DNA of 55,131 nt, taken from contig JACESM010000001.1 in NCBI GenBank assembly GCA_013911835.1, positions 1 through 55,131 on the forward strand, given 5' to 3'. The position numbers were made by a program, and so were the translations under genes. Positions 1-9,658 of the stretch are shown here, one piece after another. How positions within the stretch are numbered: position 1 is the first letter of the stretch; every line of letters begins with the position of its first letter. A model generated the notes under the pieces. It was not told where the DNA came from. It did no database searches and saw only the letters and a list, made by a program, of their open reading frames with translations. The DNA is from Porphyrobacter sp. (GTDB lineage: Bacteria; Pseudomonadota; Alphaproteobacteria; Sphingomonadales; Sphingomonadaceae).

Positions 1-115
1 CCGAGCCATTGAAGCTGCCATGGGTCAGGGCCTCGAGCCACAGGGCGTCGGCACCGGGCGCGAAGCCCTGTTCGTCAAGCCATGCGCGGGTCTCGGGGGC
101 AAGCGCGCCGGTCAC
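1..115 (-). CDS. rnc: Ribonuclease III, N-terminal part (runs off window start)
   Basis: GTG at 115-113 overlaps the lepB stop (GTGA). Translation MTGALAPETRAWLDEQGFAPGADALWLEALTHGSFNGS contains the RNase III ALTHxS motif; lepB-rnc synteny. Confidence 0.85.
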   Translation of the reverse strand, partial: MTGALAPETRAWLDEQGFAPGADALWLEALTHGSFNGS

Positions 116-951
116 AGCGCCGTTCCGATCCGGCTCCAGCGCGCGGCCGAGAACCATGACACCGGGTTGAGCCAGTCGGCGTTGCCGTCGGTCGACCACA
201 CGATCACCGCCGCACGGCCCACCAGCAGGTCCTGCGAGACGAACCCCACACCCTCGCCGGCCGAAGCGGGGAAGCGGCTGTCCATCGAGCTGTCGCGGTT
301 GTCGCCCATCACGAACAGCGTGCCGGGCGGCACGGCGCGCTCTGAGAACGCATCGGCCGACCACGGGCCGAAGTCGAGCACGGTGTAGCTGCGCCCGCCG
401 GGGAGCGTCTCGCGGAAGGCCTTGTAACGGCACACTTCTCCGGTGCCGTCCGCAGCAGTCTCAGCCTCGCCACCCCAGGCGCAGCCGGTGTTGGGCGAGA
501 GCGGGACGAGCACGTCGGGGGCAGGCATGCGCGCCACGCGGGTGCCGTTCAGCACCACCTCGCCGCCCACCACCGCCACGCGGTCACCCGGCAGGCCGAT
601 CACCCGCTTGATGTAATCGCGGCCGTCGATGGGGTGCTTGAAGATCACGATATCCCCGCGCTCCGGCGTTCCGGGAAGCAGCCGCCCGGCGGGGAGCGCA
701 AGGTCGAAGGGCAGCGAGGCGCGCGAGATGCCGTAAGGCCACTTTGCCGCGAGCAGATAATCGCCGTTCATCAGCCGCGGCAGCATGCTCTCGGACGGGA
801 TCGAGAAGGGCGAGAATACGAATACCCTGAAGGCCAGGACCAGCAGCAAGAGCTTGACGCAGAACCATGCGAAGCTACCCCAGCTATCGCCCGTCCGGGC
901 ACCGGCTGCGGCGGGCGGCGCGTCTCCGAGCGATTGGGTCTTAACATCCAT
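112..951 (-). CDS. lepB: Signal peptidase I
   Basis: TM segment, then IPSESMLPRL (catalytic Ser), DYIKRVIGLPGD (catalytic Lys), GDNRDSSMDSR. Start placed at MDVKTQ (951). Confidence 0.95.
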   Translation of the reverse strand: MDVKTQSLGDAPPAAAGARTGDSWGSFAWFCVKLLLLVLAFRVFVFSPFSIPSESMLPRLMNGDYLLAAKWPYGISRASLPFDLALPAGRLLPGTPERGDIVIFKHPIDGRDYIKRVIGLPGDRVAVVGGEVVLNGTRVARMPAPDVLVPLSPNTGCAWGGEAETAADGTGEVCRYKAFRETLPGGRSYTVLDFGPWSADAFSERAVPPGTLFVMGDNRDSSMDSRFPASAGEGVGFVSQDLLVGRAAVIVWSTDGNADWLNPVSWFSAARWSRIGTAL

Positions 952-1000
952 CGCCCATGCCCTTACCCGCAGCGGCACACTTGCGCAAAGGGGAACGGTC

Positions 1001-2554
1001 ATGGGCGTTACGACGAGCGAAGCAGCGGTTGGAGCGGCATGGGCTGCCTTGCGCGGATTGCCTCACCCCAAGCTCGCCGAACTGTTCGATGCCGATTCGG
1101 CACGCCGTGACGCGCTGACCCGCCGGATCACCTGGCCGGTCGTGCCCGGCAGCGAGGCCGATGCGGGGATGCTGATCGATTTCTCCAAGACCCACCTGTC
1201 GGACCAAGCGCTGACCGCCTTCGAAGCGCTCGCCGAGGCCGCGGGCTTCGGGGCCGCGCGGGAAAAACTGTTCGGCGGCGGGATCGTCAACCCCACCGAA
1301 GGCCGCGCTGCCACCCACGGCGCACTGCGCGGCAGCGGCACGCCCGCGCAGGTCGAGGAGGCCGAGGCGCTGCTCGCCCGCATGGGCATGCTGGTGGAGG
1401 CGATCCACGAAAGCGCTCTGGGCGAGGTCAAGCACTGCATCGCGATCGGCATCGGCGGCTCGGCGCTTGGCCCCGCGCTCGCCATCGACGCGCTGACCCG
1501 CGATCTGGCGCTGGTCGACGTCCATGTGGTCTCGAACATCGACGGCCTTGCCTTGGAACAGGCCTTCGCCGCCTGCGACCCCGAGACGACGCTGATCGCG
1601 GTCGCCTCGAAAACCTTCACCACCATCGAGACCATGACCAACGCGGCCAGCGCGCTGAAGTGGCTCGCGGAAAATGGCGTCGAGGACCCGGGCGGGCGCG
1701 TGGTCGCGCTCACCGCCGCGCCCGACAAGGCGGTTGAATGGGGGGTGGACGAGACCCGCGTGCTCCCCTTCCCCGAGAGCGTGGGCGGGCGCTATTCGCT
1801 GTTTTCGAGCATTGGCTTTCCGGTGGCGCTCGCCATCGGGATGGACGAATTCCGGGCGATGCTGGCGGGGGCCAAGGCGGTCGATGATCACTTCCGTGCG
1901 GAGGAGGGCAGGGCCAACGCCCCCTTGCTCGCAGCCTTCTGCGACCAGTATTACACGCGTCTCAGAGGTTGCCAGACCCGCGCGGTCTTCGCCTATGACG
2001 AGCGGCTCGCGCTGCTGCCCGACTATCTCCAGCAGCTCGAGATGGAATCGAACGGCAAGAGCGTGACCGCCGATGGCAAGCCGGTCGACGGCCCGACCGC
2101 CGCGGTGACCTGGGGCGGGGTGGGCACCGACGGGCAGCACGCGGTGTTCCAGCTGCTCCATCAGGGCACGCACCTGATCCCGGTGGACTTCATCGCCAGC
2201 ATCGCGCCGGGCGACGATCTCGACCCGGCGCATCACCGCATCCTGCTGATGAACTGCCTCGCCCAAGGCGCGGCGCTGATGGCGGGGAAGACCTCGGACG
2301 ACCCTGCGCGCGCCTATGCCGGCGACCGGCCCTCGACCACGTTCCTCCTCGACGATTGCGACGCGGCGGCGCTCGGCGCGCTGATCGCCTTCCACGAACA
2401 GCGCACCTTTGCCAATGCGGTCCTGATGGGGATCAACCCCTTCGACCAGTTCGGCGTGGAACTGGGCAAGGCGATCGCCAAGCAGATCGAAAGCGGGGAG
2501 GGGGCGTTCGACCCGTCGACGAGGGCGCTGATGGCGGCGGCGGGGCTGGGGTAG
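1001..2554 (+). CDS. pgi: Glucose-6-phosphate isomerase
   Basis: IGIGGSALGP, VASKTFTTIET, VGGRYSL, QQLEMESNGK, INPFDQFGVELGK motifs. Confidence 0.97.
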   Translation: MGVTTSEAAVGAAWAALRGLPHPKLAELFDADSARRDALTRRITWPVVPGSEADAGMLIDFSKTHLSDQALTAFEALAEAAGFGAAREKLFGGGIVNPTEGRAATHGALRGSGTPAQVEEAEALLARMGMLVEAIHESALGEVKHCIAIGIGGSALGPALAIDALTRDLALVDVHVVSNIDGLALEQAFAACDPETTLIAVASKTFTTIETMTNAASALKWLAENGVEDPGGRVVALTAAPDKAVEWGVDETRVLPFPESVGGRYSLFSSIGFPVALAIGMDEFRAMLAGAKAVDDHFRAEEGRANAPLLAAFCDQYYTRLRGCQTRAVFAYDERLALLPDYLQQLEMESNGKSVTADGKPVDGPTAAVTWGGVGTDGQHAVFQLLHQGTHLIPVDFIASIAPGDDLDPAHHRILLMNCLAQGAALMAGKTSDDPARAYAGDRPSTTFLLDDCDAAALGALIAFHEQRTFANAVLMGINPFDQFGVELGKAIAKQIESGEGAFDPSTRALMAAAGLG

Positions 2555-2570
2555 GCCACACGCCCAAGTC

Positions 2571-2659
2571 CGTCGCCCCGTGCTTGACACGGGGTTCGGC
2601 TACCTTTGTGCTGAAGACGAAGAAGAAGAGCCTAGCCCCGTGTCAAGCACGGGGTGACG
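2571..2659. repeat. Intergenic palindromic REP/RPE-like element
   Basis: CGTCGCCCCGTGCTTGACACGGGG...CCCCGTGTCAAGCACGGGGTGACG: two internally palindromic arms that are inverted copies of each other. Confidence 0.8.
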
Positions 2660-2927
2660 AGGGGGAGTAAGGCGGGGTGCCCCCGCAAATCGATTGACTT
2701 TCGCCGCATTCACCCCCACATGGCCCCCATCGAAGCGCGCTAGCCATGCGTGAAGCGGCGGACCACTTTCGAAATTGTCCGCCCCGGCTGCGCCTCGGTT
2801 CTACCTTCAAGACTTCCCTTTTCACGCGGGCGGTTTCAACCCCCGCGCCGCGCGTGGCGTGCCTGTGGACGTTTCTCGTCCGGGGCAGCCGAGCGCGCGT
2901 CGCAGATATTTTGCGAGTTTCAAATAC

Positions 2928-4487
2928 ATGACCACATTCGCTGACCTCGGGCTGTCGCAGCCCGTGCTTCAGGCCCTCGACATGAAGGGCTACAACACGC
3001 CGACCCCGATCCAGGAACAGGCGATCCCCGCCGTGCTCAAGGGCCGCGACCTGCTCGGGATTGCCCAGACCGGCACCGGCAAGACCGCCGCCTTCATGCT
3101 CCCCAGCATCGACCGGCTGCGCGAGGCCGACAAGCAGATCCCGTTCAAGTCGTGCCGCATGCTGGTGCTCGCCCCGACCCGCGAGCTTGCCGTGCAGATC
3201 GCCGACAGCGCCAAGGATTACGGCGCGCTTGCGGGCCTCAAGGTGCAGTGCATCGTCGGCGGCACCTCGGTCGGCAAGGATCGCAACAAGCTGCACCGCG
3301 GCACTGATATTCTGGTCGCGACCCCGGGCCGCCTGCTCGATCTGATCGACCAGAAGGCGTTCAACCTTGCCGGGATCGAGGTGCTGGTGCTCGACGAGGC
3401 TGACCAGATGCTCGACCTCGGCTTCATCCACGCGCTGCGGAAGATCCGCGAGCTTGCTCCCAAGGACCGCCAGACGCTGTTCTTCAGCGCCACCATGCCC
3501 AAGGCGATCAAGGAGCTGGTGAGCGGGTTCTGCAACAACCCAGTGCAGGTCTCGGTCACGCCGGAAAGCACCACCGCGGAGCGCATCGACCAGTATCTCT
3601 TCATGGTGCAGCAGGACGAGAAGCTGTCGCTGCTCACGATGATCCTCCAGCGCCGCCATCAGGTGCCGGGCGAGTTCGAGCGGATCCTGATCTTCACCCG
3701 CACCAAGCACGGAGCGGATCGGGTGGTGAAGAAGCTCGAACAGGCGGGAATTCCGTCCAACGCGATCCACGGCAACAAGTCGCAGCCGCAGCGCCAGCGC
3801 GCGCTCGACGAGTTCCGCAAGGCGCGCGTGCCGATCCTGATCGCGACCGATGTCGCCGCGCGCGGGATCGACATTCCGGGCGTCAGCCACGTGATCAATT
3901 ACGAGCTGCCCAATGTGCCCGAGCAATATGTCCACCGCATCGGCCGGACGGCGCGCGCGGGGCGTGACGGGATCGCCATCGCCTTCTGTGCCGAGGACGA
4001 GCGCGCCTATCTCAAGGACATCCGCAAGGTGACCGGCGCCGAGCTCGAGCGTCTGCCGCTCCCGGACAATTTCCGCGCCGTGGTGGAAGGCGAGGGGCCG
4101 ACCAAGCCCGCCGCGCGCGTGCCGGTGAAGCGCGTCCAGCCGCGACCGCTCGGCCAGCGTCCGCAGGGTGAGCGCAAGGCCCAAGGTGAGCGCAAGCCGC
4201 AGGGGGAGCGCAAAGCCCAGGGGGAGCAGCGCGGTGAGCGTCGCCCGCAGCAGGGCGAACGCCGGGCCGAAGGCGAACGCCGCCCGCAGCCGGGCGAGCG
4301 CCGTCCCGAGGGCGAGCGTCGTCCCGAGGGGGATCGCCGCGCCTTTGGTGCCAAGCCCGGTTCCGGCAACGGCGGCGGTGATCGCCGCCCCGGCGGCGGA
4401 GATCGTCGACCGGGCGGCGGTGATCGTCGCCCCGGCGGCGGCAATCGCAATCGCACCGGCGCGCCGGGCGGTCAGCGCCGCGCCTAG
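2928..4487 (+). CDS. rhlE: DEAD-box ATP-dependent RNA helicase (RhlE-like)
   Basis: Q motif PTPIQ, AQTGTGKT, PTRELA, DEAD, SAT, HRIGRTAR; basic low-complexity tail. Confidence 0.9.
   Translation: MTTFADLGLSQPVLQALDMKGYNTPTPIQEQAIPAVLKGRDLLGIAQTGTGKTAAFMLPSIDRLREADKQIPFKSCRMLVLAPTRELAVQIADSAKDYGALAGLKVQCIVGGTSVGKDRNKLHRGTDILVATPGRLLDLIDQKAFNLAGIEVLVLDEADQMLDLGFIHALRKIRELAPKDRQTLFFSATMPKAIKELVSGFCNNPVQVSVTPESTTAERIDQYLFMVQQDEKLSLLTMILQRRHQVPGEFERILIFTRTKHGADRVVKKLEQAGIPSNAIHGNKSQPQRQRALDEFRKARVPILIATDVAARGIDIPGVSHVINYELPNVPEQYVHRIGRTARAGRDGIAIAFCAEDERAYLKDIRKVTGAELERLPLPDNFRAVVEGEGPTKPAARVPVKRVQPRPLGQRPQGERKAQGERKPQGERKAQGEQRGERRPQQGERRAEGERRPQPGERRPEGERRPEGDRRAFGAKPGSGNGGGDRRPGGGDRRPGGGDRRPGGGNRNRTGAPGGQRRA
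4153..4441 (+). repeat. Coding tandem repeats in the helicase tail (18-nt and 21-nt units)
   Basis: (P/A)QGERK and EGERRP-type hexapeptides followed by GGGDRRP x3. Confidence 0.8.
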
Positions 4488-4523
4488 ACCGGCGCGGCAG
4501 TCCGAACTGGCCGCCAAACGGAG

Positions 4524-5135
4524 TTAGTTCGGGTCCCAGGCCGCTTTCGGGGGCGTGCCATCGTGCAGGACGGGGTAGGCGGCGCTGTAGATCCAGTCGC
4601 TGCCCTTCGCTGGCTCGTGGCACGTCTGGCAGCTCGCCTCGAACGACGGGGCGACCTGCTTGCCCGGATTGTCGGCTTCAAACAGGGCCCAGCCCCAGCC
4701 TTCGCGCCACAGGGGGTTGTCCTTGTGCTTGCCGGTGGAGTCCTTGACCATCACGAACCAGACCTTGGTGGCGCCCGCCCAATGGGCGTTGCCGGTGGTG
4801 AGCTGCGCGGCCTTGGCGCCGCGCACTTCCTTCACCAGCACCGTGCCGTCGGCGAACACCCCATCCTTGCGGAAGGTCTCGATCCCGCCGGGCGAGACAT
4901 AGACCGTGTGCATTTCGTCCACCGGCGTGCCCGGCCCCCCCGATGCGGTTGCCCAGCTGCCGAGGGTGGGCCAGCGATCAAAGCCCTTGGGCAGCGAAAT
5001 CTGGCCCTTCGCATCGCTGACGAGGATGGCTTGCGGCGCGGGCTCCTGCGGTGCGGGCGTGTCCGCCTGCCGGGAACAGCTGGTGAGGGCGAGCGCAAGA
5101 GTGCTGAGCAGCAGCGCGTGCTTGGGGTAGGCCAT
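4524..5135 (-). CDS. Cytochrome P460 family lipoprotein
   Basis: Lipobox-like LTSC; HTVYV, DGTVLVKE, MVKD, WGWALF, C-terminal CQTCH and YPVL. Start may be 5144. Confidence 0.85.
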   Translation of the reverse strand: MAYPKHALLLSTLALALTSCSRQADTPAPQEPAPQAILVSDAKGQISLPKGFDRWPTLGSWATASGGPGTPVDEMHTVYVSPGGIETFRKDGVFADGTVLVKEVRGAKAAQLTTGNAHWAGATKVWFVMVKDSTGKHKDNPLWREGWGWALFEADNPGKQVAPSFEASCQTCHEPAKGSDWIYSAAYPVLHDGTPPKAAWDPN

Positions 5136-5290
5136 GGCTTTCATCTCCGGCGCAAAGCGGGTGTGATCCGCGGCAGCGCCGTAACCGCGCCCTGCGCCGC
5201 GCTCTTGTCTGAAATACGCCATTCCGCGCGCCGGTGGTTGCCGCCACCGGTGCGCAGCGCCATATACGGGGCCGGACAGACGGGAGCAGC

Positions 5291-6646
5291 ATGATGTCAG
5301 CCGAATATGACTACGACCTCTTCACCATCGGCGCCGGATCGGGCGGGGTGCGCGCCAGCCGGGTTGCCGCGGCACACGGCGCGCGCGTCGCAGTCGCGGA
5401 GGAATACCGCGTCGGTGGCACCTGCGTTATCCGCGGCTGCGTGCCCAAGAAGATGCTCGTCTACGGTGCCCATTTTGCCGAGGACCTTGTCGACGCCCAG
5501 CATTTCGGCTGGACCATCGGCGAAAAGAGCTTCGACTGGGCAGCCTTGCGCGATCACGTGCAGAACGATGTGACCCGGCTGGAAGGGCTCTACGGCCAGA
5601 CCCTCGACAACCACAATGTCACCGTCTTCGCCGAACGCGCAACGATCACCGGGGCGCACGCAATCACGCTGGCGAGCGGCAAGACCGTCACCGCCAAATA
5701 CATCCTCGTAGCCACCGGCGCGCGCCCGCTGGTGCCGACCTTCCCCGGCAGCGAACATGTCATCACCTCGAACGAGGCGTTCCACCTCGAAGAGCTGCCG
5801 CGCCGCATCCTGATCGCGGGCGGGGGTTATATCGCCAACGAGTTCGCGGGCATTTTCAACGAATTCGGCTGCAAGGTGACGATCGCCAACCGCTCGGACA
5901 CGATCCTGCGTTCCTATGACGCTTCCCTGCGCGACCGCCTGCTCCAGATCTCGATGGTGAAGGGCATCCAGTTCCTGTTCAACACCGAGTTCGAGAGCAT
6001 TGAAAAGCAGCCCGACGGCACGCTGCTCGTCCGGCTCACCGGGCAGGAGCCTTGCGAATATGACGCGGTGATGTTCGCCACCGGCCGCGCGCCCAATACC
6101 GAAGGTCTGGGGCTCGAAGCGGTCGGCGTCGCACTCGGCAAGAAGGGCGAGATCGTGGTCGATGCTTTCAGCAAGACTAGTGTCGACCATATCTATGCCG
6201 TGGGCGACGTGACTGACCGGGTGCAGCTCACCCCCGTGGCAATCCGCGAAGGGCAGGCCTTTGCCGATTCGGTGTTCGGCGGGGGCGAGCCTTACGCGGT
6301 CGACCACTCCTGCGTGCCGAGCGCGGTGTTCAGCCACCCGCCGATCGCGGCGGTGGGCCTGACTGAAAGCGAAGCGCGCAATACGCTCGGCAATATCAAG
6401 GTCTATCAGTCCGATTTCCGCCCGATGAAGAACGTCGTGGCGGGCCGGAACGAGCGCAGCCTCTACAAGATGATCGTCGATGCCGCGAATGACCGGATCG
6501 TCGGCATCCACATGATCGGCCCCGAAGCCGCCGAGATCATGCAGGCAGCGGCCGTGGCGGTGAAGGCCAAGCTCACCAAGGCCGATTTCGACGCCACGGT
6601 CGCGATCCACCCGACCATGGCCGAGGAGCTGGTGCTGTTCAAATAG
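5291..6646 (+). CDS. gor: Glutathione-disulfide reductase
   Basis: GAGSGG FAD motif, GGTCVIRGCVPKK redox disulfide, C-terminal IHPTMAEE. Confidence 0.95.
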   Translation: MMSAEYDYDLFTIGAGSGGVRASRVAAAHGARVAVAEEYRVGGTCVIRGCVPKKMLVYGAHFAEDLVDAQHFGWTIGEKSFDWAALRDHVQNDVTRLEGLYGQTLDNHNVTVFAERATITGAHAITLASGKTVTAKYILVATGARPLVPTFPGSEHVITSNEAFHLEELPRRILIAGGGYIANEFAGIFNEFGCKVTIANRSDTILRSYDASLRDRLLQISMVKGIQFLFNTEFESIEKQPDGTLLVRLTGQEPCEYDAVMFATGRAPNTEGLGLEAVGVALGKKGEIVVDAFSKTSVDHIYAVGDVTDRVQLTPVAIREGQAFADSVFGGGEPYAVDHSCVPSAVFSHPPIAAVGLTESEARNTLGNIKVYQSDFRPMKNVVAGRNERSLYKMIVDAANDRIVGIHMIGPEAAEIMQAAAVAVKAKLTKADFDATVAIHPTMAEELVLFK

Positions 6647-6708
6647 GTTGCTCCACGAAACCTTTCTGCTAGACTCGCACTGACGCTACGGCAGGGGAGG
6701 GTTCGCAC

Positions 6709-7731
6709 ATGGCAGGCACGGTGCTGGTGACGGGGGCAACCGGCTACATCGCCGGGGAGCTGATCCGGCAATTGCTGGCAAAGGGCTGGACGGTGCACGG
6801 CACTATCCGCAATGTCGCGAAGTCCGAAAGCGGCTTGCGTGCGCGGCTCGGCAATCCTTCGCCCGAAAGCTTTCGCCTGTTCGAGGCCGAGCTGATGAGC
6901 GACAAGGGCTGGGCCGAGGCCACGGCGGGCTGCACCCATGTCGCCCATGTCGCCTCGCCGATCCCCGCTCAGGCTCCGAAGCACGAGGATGATCTCATCA
7001 TTCCCGCGCGCGAAGGAACCCTGCGCGCGCTGCGGTTCGCACGCGACGCGGGCGTAACCCGCTTTGTTCAGACCAGCTCGACCGCTGCGGTGGTCTACGG
7101 GGTGGATCGCGGCGAATACACCTTCGATGAAAGCCGCTGGACCGACATCAACCACCCCGACGCCTATCCGTATGTGAAGTCCAAGACCCTTGCCGAACGC
7201 GCCGCACGCGAGTGGGTGGCGGCCGAAGGCGGGGATATGGAGTTCGTCTCGGTCAATCCCGGCATGGTGCTAGGCCCCGTCGACAGCGGCGATTTCTCCG
7301 CCTCTGTGGAATTGGTGTCGCAATTGCTCAGCGGCGCGATGCCGATGGCGCCGAACCTCGGCTTTCCGATTGTTGACGTGCGCGACATTGCTGCGCTGCA
7401 TGTGCTGGCGCTTGAAACGCCGGGGCTGGCAGGGGAGCGGTTCCTTGGCGCGGGCCAGTTTCTCACCGCGCTCGAAATTGCGGGCGTGCTTCGCGCGCGG
7501 CTGGGTGAGCATGCACGCAAGACGCCGACCCGGCCCATGCCCGATTGGGTGGTTAATATCCTAGCGTTGTTCAACCCTGAGGTGCGCGGGATCAAGACCG
7601 AGATCGGCAAGGTCCGCCATGTGGACGCCTCGCACGCGCGCGAAAGGCTCGGCTGGACAATGCGCCCGGTGGGGGACACCATCGCCGATTGCGGGACGAG
7701 CCTGATCGCGCATGGAGTGGTGAAGGTCTGA
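6709..7731 (+). CDS. NAD(P)-dependent epimerase/aldehyde reductase (extended SDR)
   Basis: VTGATGYIA, HVASP, YVKSKTLAE (YxxxK), VDVRDIA. Confidence 0.85.
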   Translation: MAGTVLVTGATGYIAGELIRQLLAKGWTVHGTIRNVAKSESGLRARLGNPSPESFRLFEAELMSDKGWAEATAGCTHVAHVASPIPAQAPKHEDDLIIPAREGTLRALRFARDAGVTRFVQTSSTAAVVYGVDRGEYTFDESRWTDINHPDAYPYVKSKTLAERAAREWVAAEGGDMEFVSVNPGMVLGPVDSGDFSASVELVSQLLSGAMPMAPNLGFPIVDVRDIAALHVLALETPGLAGERFLGAGQFLTALEIAGVLRARLGEHARKTPTRPMPDWVVNILALFNPEVRGIKTEIGKVRHVDASHARERLGWTMRPVGDTIADCGTSLIAHGVVKV

Positions 7732-7732
7732 C

Positions 7733-8455
7733 ATGGATGTGAACGGCAAGGCGGTGCTGCTGACCGGCGGCAGCGCAGGCATCGGGCGCGAGATCGCGCG
7801 GCAATTGAAGGCCAAGGGCGGACACGTGCTGCTCACCGGGCGCGATCCGGCGCGGCTGGCGGCGATGGCGGCGGAGGGTTTCGAGACCCTCGCCGCCGAC
7901 CTGTCGAGCGCGGCGGGGGTCGATGCGCTGGTGGCGGCGCTGGGCGAGCGGCCGATCGATATCCTCATCAACAATGCCGGGCAGCTGACCGATCACGATT
8001 TTCGCAAGGGCGCGCCCGATGCTGATGCGGCGGATGAAGGCATCTACGCCAACCTCACCGCGCCGATCCGGCTGATCACTGCGCTCGTTCCCCGCCTGCG
8101 TGATCGCCCGCAAGCGGCGATCGTCAACGTCACCAGCGGCCTCGCCATCGCGCCCGCCGCGCGGCAGCCCGTTTACTGCGCAACCAAGGCGGGCCTGCGT
8201 TCCTATACGCTGGCTCTGCGCGAACAGCTCAAGCGCACCAAGGTTCAGGTGATCGAGGCGCTGCCTCCGGTGGTGGACACCCAGATGAACGATGGCAATC
8301 CGATGAAAAAGATGCCGCCGCAGGAATGCGCCCGGCAGATCATCGCCGCGCTGGAGAAGGGCCACGATGAGGCCAATGTCGGCACGGTGAAGCTGCTGCG
8401 CGCGGTCTATTCGCTCTCGCCCGCATTGGCGCGCAGCGTGATGCGGCGGTTCTAG
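7733..8455 (+). CDS. Short-chain dehydrogenase/reductase (DltE-like)
   Basis: TGGSAGIG, INNAG, VTSGLA, YCATKA. Confidence 0.85.
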   Translation: MDVNGKAVLLTGGSAGIGREIARQLKAKGGHVLLTGRDPARLAAMAAEGFETLAADLSSAAGVDALVAALGERPIDILINNAGQLTDHDFRKGAPDADAADEGIYANLTAPIRLITALVPRLRDRPQAAIVNVTSGLAIAPAARQPVYCATKAGLRSYTLALREQLKRTKVQVIEALPPVVDTQMNDGNPMKKMPPQECARQIIAALEKGHDEANVGTVKLLRAVYSLSPALARSVMRRF

Positions 8456-9558
8456 GCGCCGAGGCGCGCGGGGGCGAAGGTCTCGAACGAAAGCCCGGCC
8501 GCCGCGGCATCCTCGGGGAAGGCGAGGCCGAGCGCCGCCGCCGCCGCGATCCGCGATAGGGCGGGCGCGGTCTGGAACCCCGCGCCGCCTTGGCCTGCAC
8601 ACCACACGAAGCCAGGCGCGTCCGCCGCAGGGCCAATTACCGGCAATTCATCGGGCGCAAAGCTCCTGAGGCCTGCCCAGCTATGGCTGATGCGGCGGAT
8701 GGGGAGGGTGGTTGCCTGCTCAACCCGGTCGGCAGCGATGGCGATGTCGAGTTCCTCGGGCGCGGCATCGCAAGGTTCGGACGGGGTCTGGTCCATGCTG
8801 GAGGCGAGCAATTGCCCGCGTCCCTCGGGCAGCAGGTAGAAGCCTTCGCCCGCCGTCTTGGTGAAGGGCCAGGCGCGCACGTCGGTATCTTCGGGGGCGG
8901 TGAAGCTGATCACCGTGCGGCGGCGCGGCTGGATGCCGATCGGCGTGACGCCAGCCAGCCGCGCGATATCGTCTGCCCAGGCGCCTGCCGCATTGACGAG
9001 GATCGGCGCGCCATGCCGCGTGCCGTCCGCCCGGACCGCGACCCATCGGCCGCCCTCATGCCCAAGCATCATGACTCGCGCCCCCGGGATCACGGCACCG
9101 CGGCCGGCGCGGATCTGCGTGACATGGGCCTGCAGCATCGCGTGGGTATCGAGCTTGAGCGACCCGCGATCGAGCAGCGCTGCCGCGCAGGCTTCGGGCT
9201 TTAGGGCGGGCATCTGCGCGCGTGCCTCATCCGGCCCGATCCGCGCATAATCGCAGCCGAATTGGTGGTGGACCTCCTCCAGCGCATCGAGCGCCGGGAT
9301 GTCCTCGGCCCTCGCGATATGCAGCGCCGGGTGCACGCCCCCGTGCGCGGCGAGGTCTGCCATGCTCAGCGCGGTCAAGCTGCGCACCGGCGCATTGCCG
9401 AGGCCATAATGCGCGAAGGCGACCGAGCGGCCCGAGGCATGGTAGCCCGGCGCATTCTCGCCCTCCAGCACCGTCACGATTGCGAGCCTCGAAAGCCGCG
9501 CCGCTACCGAGAGCCCAGCGATCCCGCCGCCGATCACCAACACATCAGAGACAAACAT
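8452..9558 (-). CDS. FAD-dependent oxidoreductase (DAO/DadA family)
   Basis: VIGGGIAG, ASGRS, VNAAGAWAD, WAGLRSF, GQGGAGFQ. Confidence 0.85.
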   Translation of the reverse strand: MFVSDVLVIGGGIAGLSVAARLSRLAIVTVLEGENAPGYHASGRSVAFAHYGLGNAPVRSLTALSMADLAAHGGVHPALHIARAEDIPALDALEEVHHQFGCDYARIGPDEARAQMPALKPEACAAALLDRGSLKLDTHAMLQAHVTQIRAGRGAVIPGARVMMLGHEGGRWVAVRADGTRHGAPILVNAAGAWADDIARLAGVTPIGIQPRRRTVISFTAPEDTDVRAWPFTKTAGEGFYLLPEGRGQLLASSMDQTPSEPCDAAPEELDIAIAADRVEQATTLPIRRISHSWAGLRSFAPDELPVIGPAADAPGFVWCAGQGGAGFQTAPALSRIAAAAALGLAFPEDAAAAGLSFETFAPARLGA

Positions 9559-9658
9559 CGCCAGGCCTCCCTTCGCCCGTCCCGCCACTTTTGCCACGTT
9601 GACGCTGGCGGCACGCTAAGGCAACGCGTTTGGCAAAGCTCATAGGAGGGGATCCTCA

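Noticed and set aside
4153-4441. CRISPR-like array
   Set aside because: Repeats are contiguous, in frame and coding; no spacers or cas genes.
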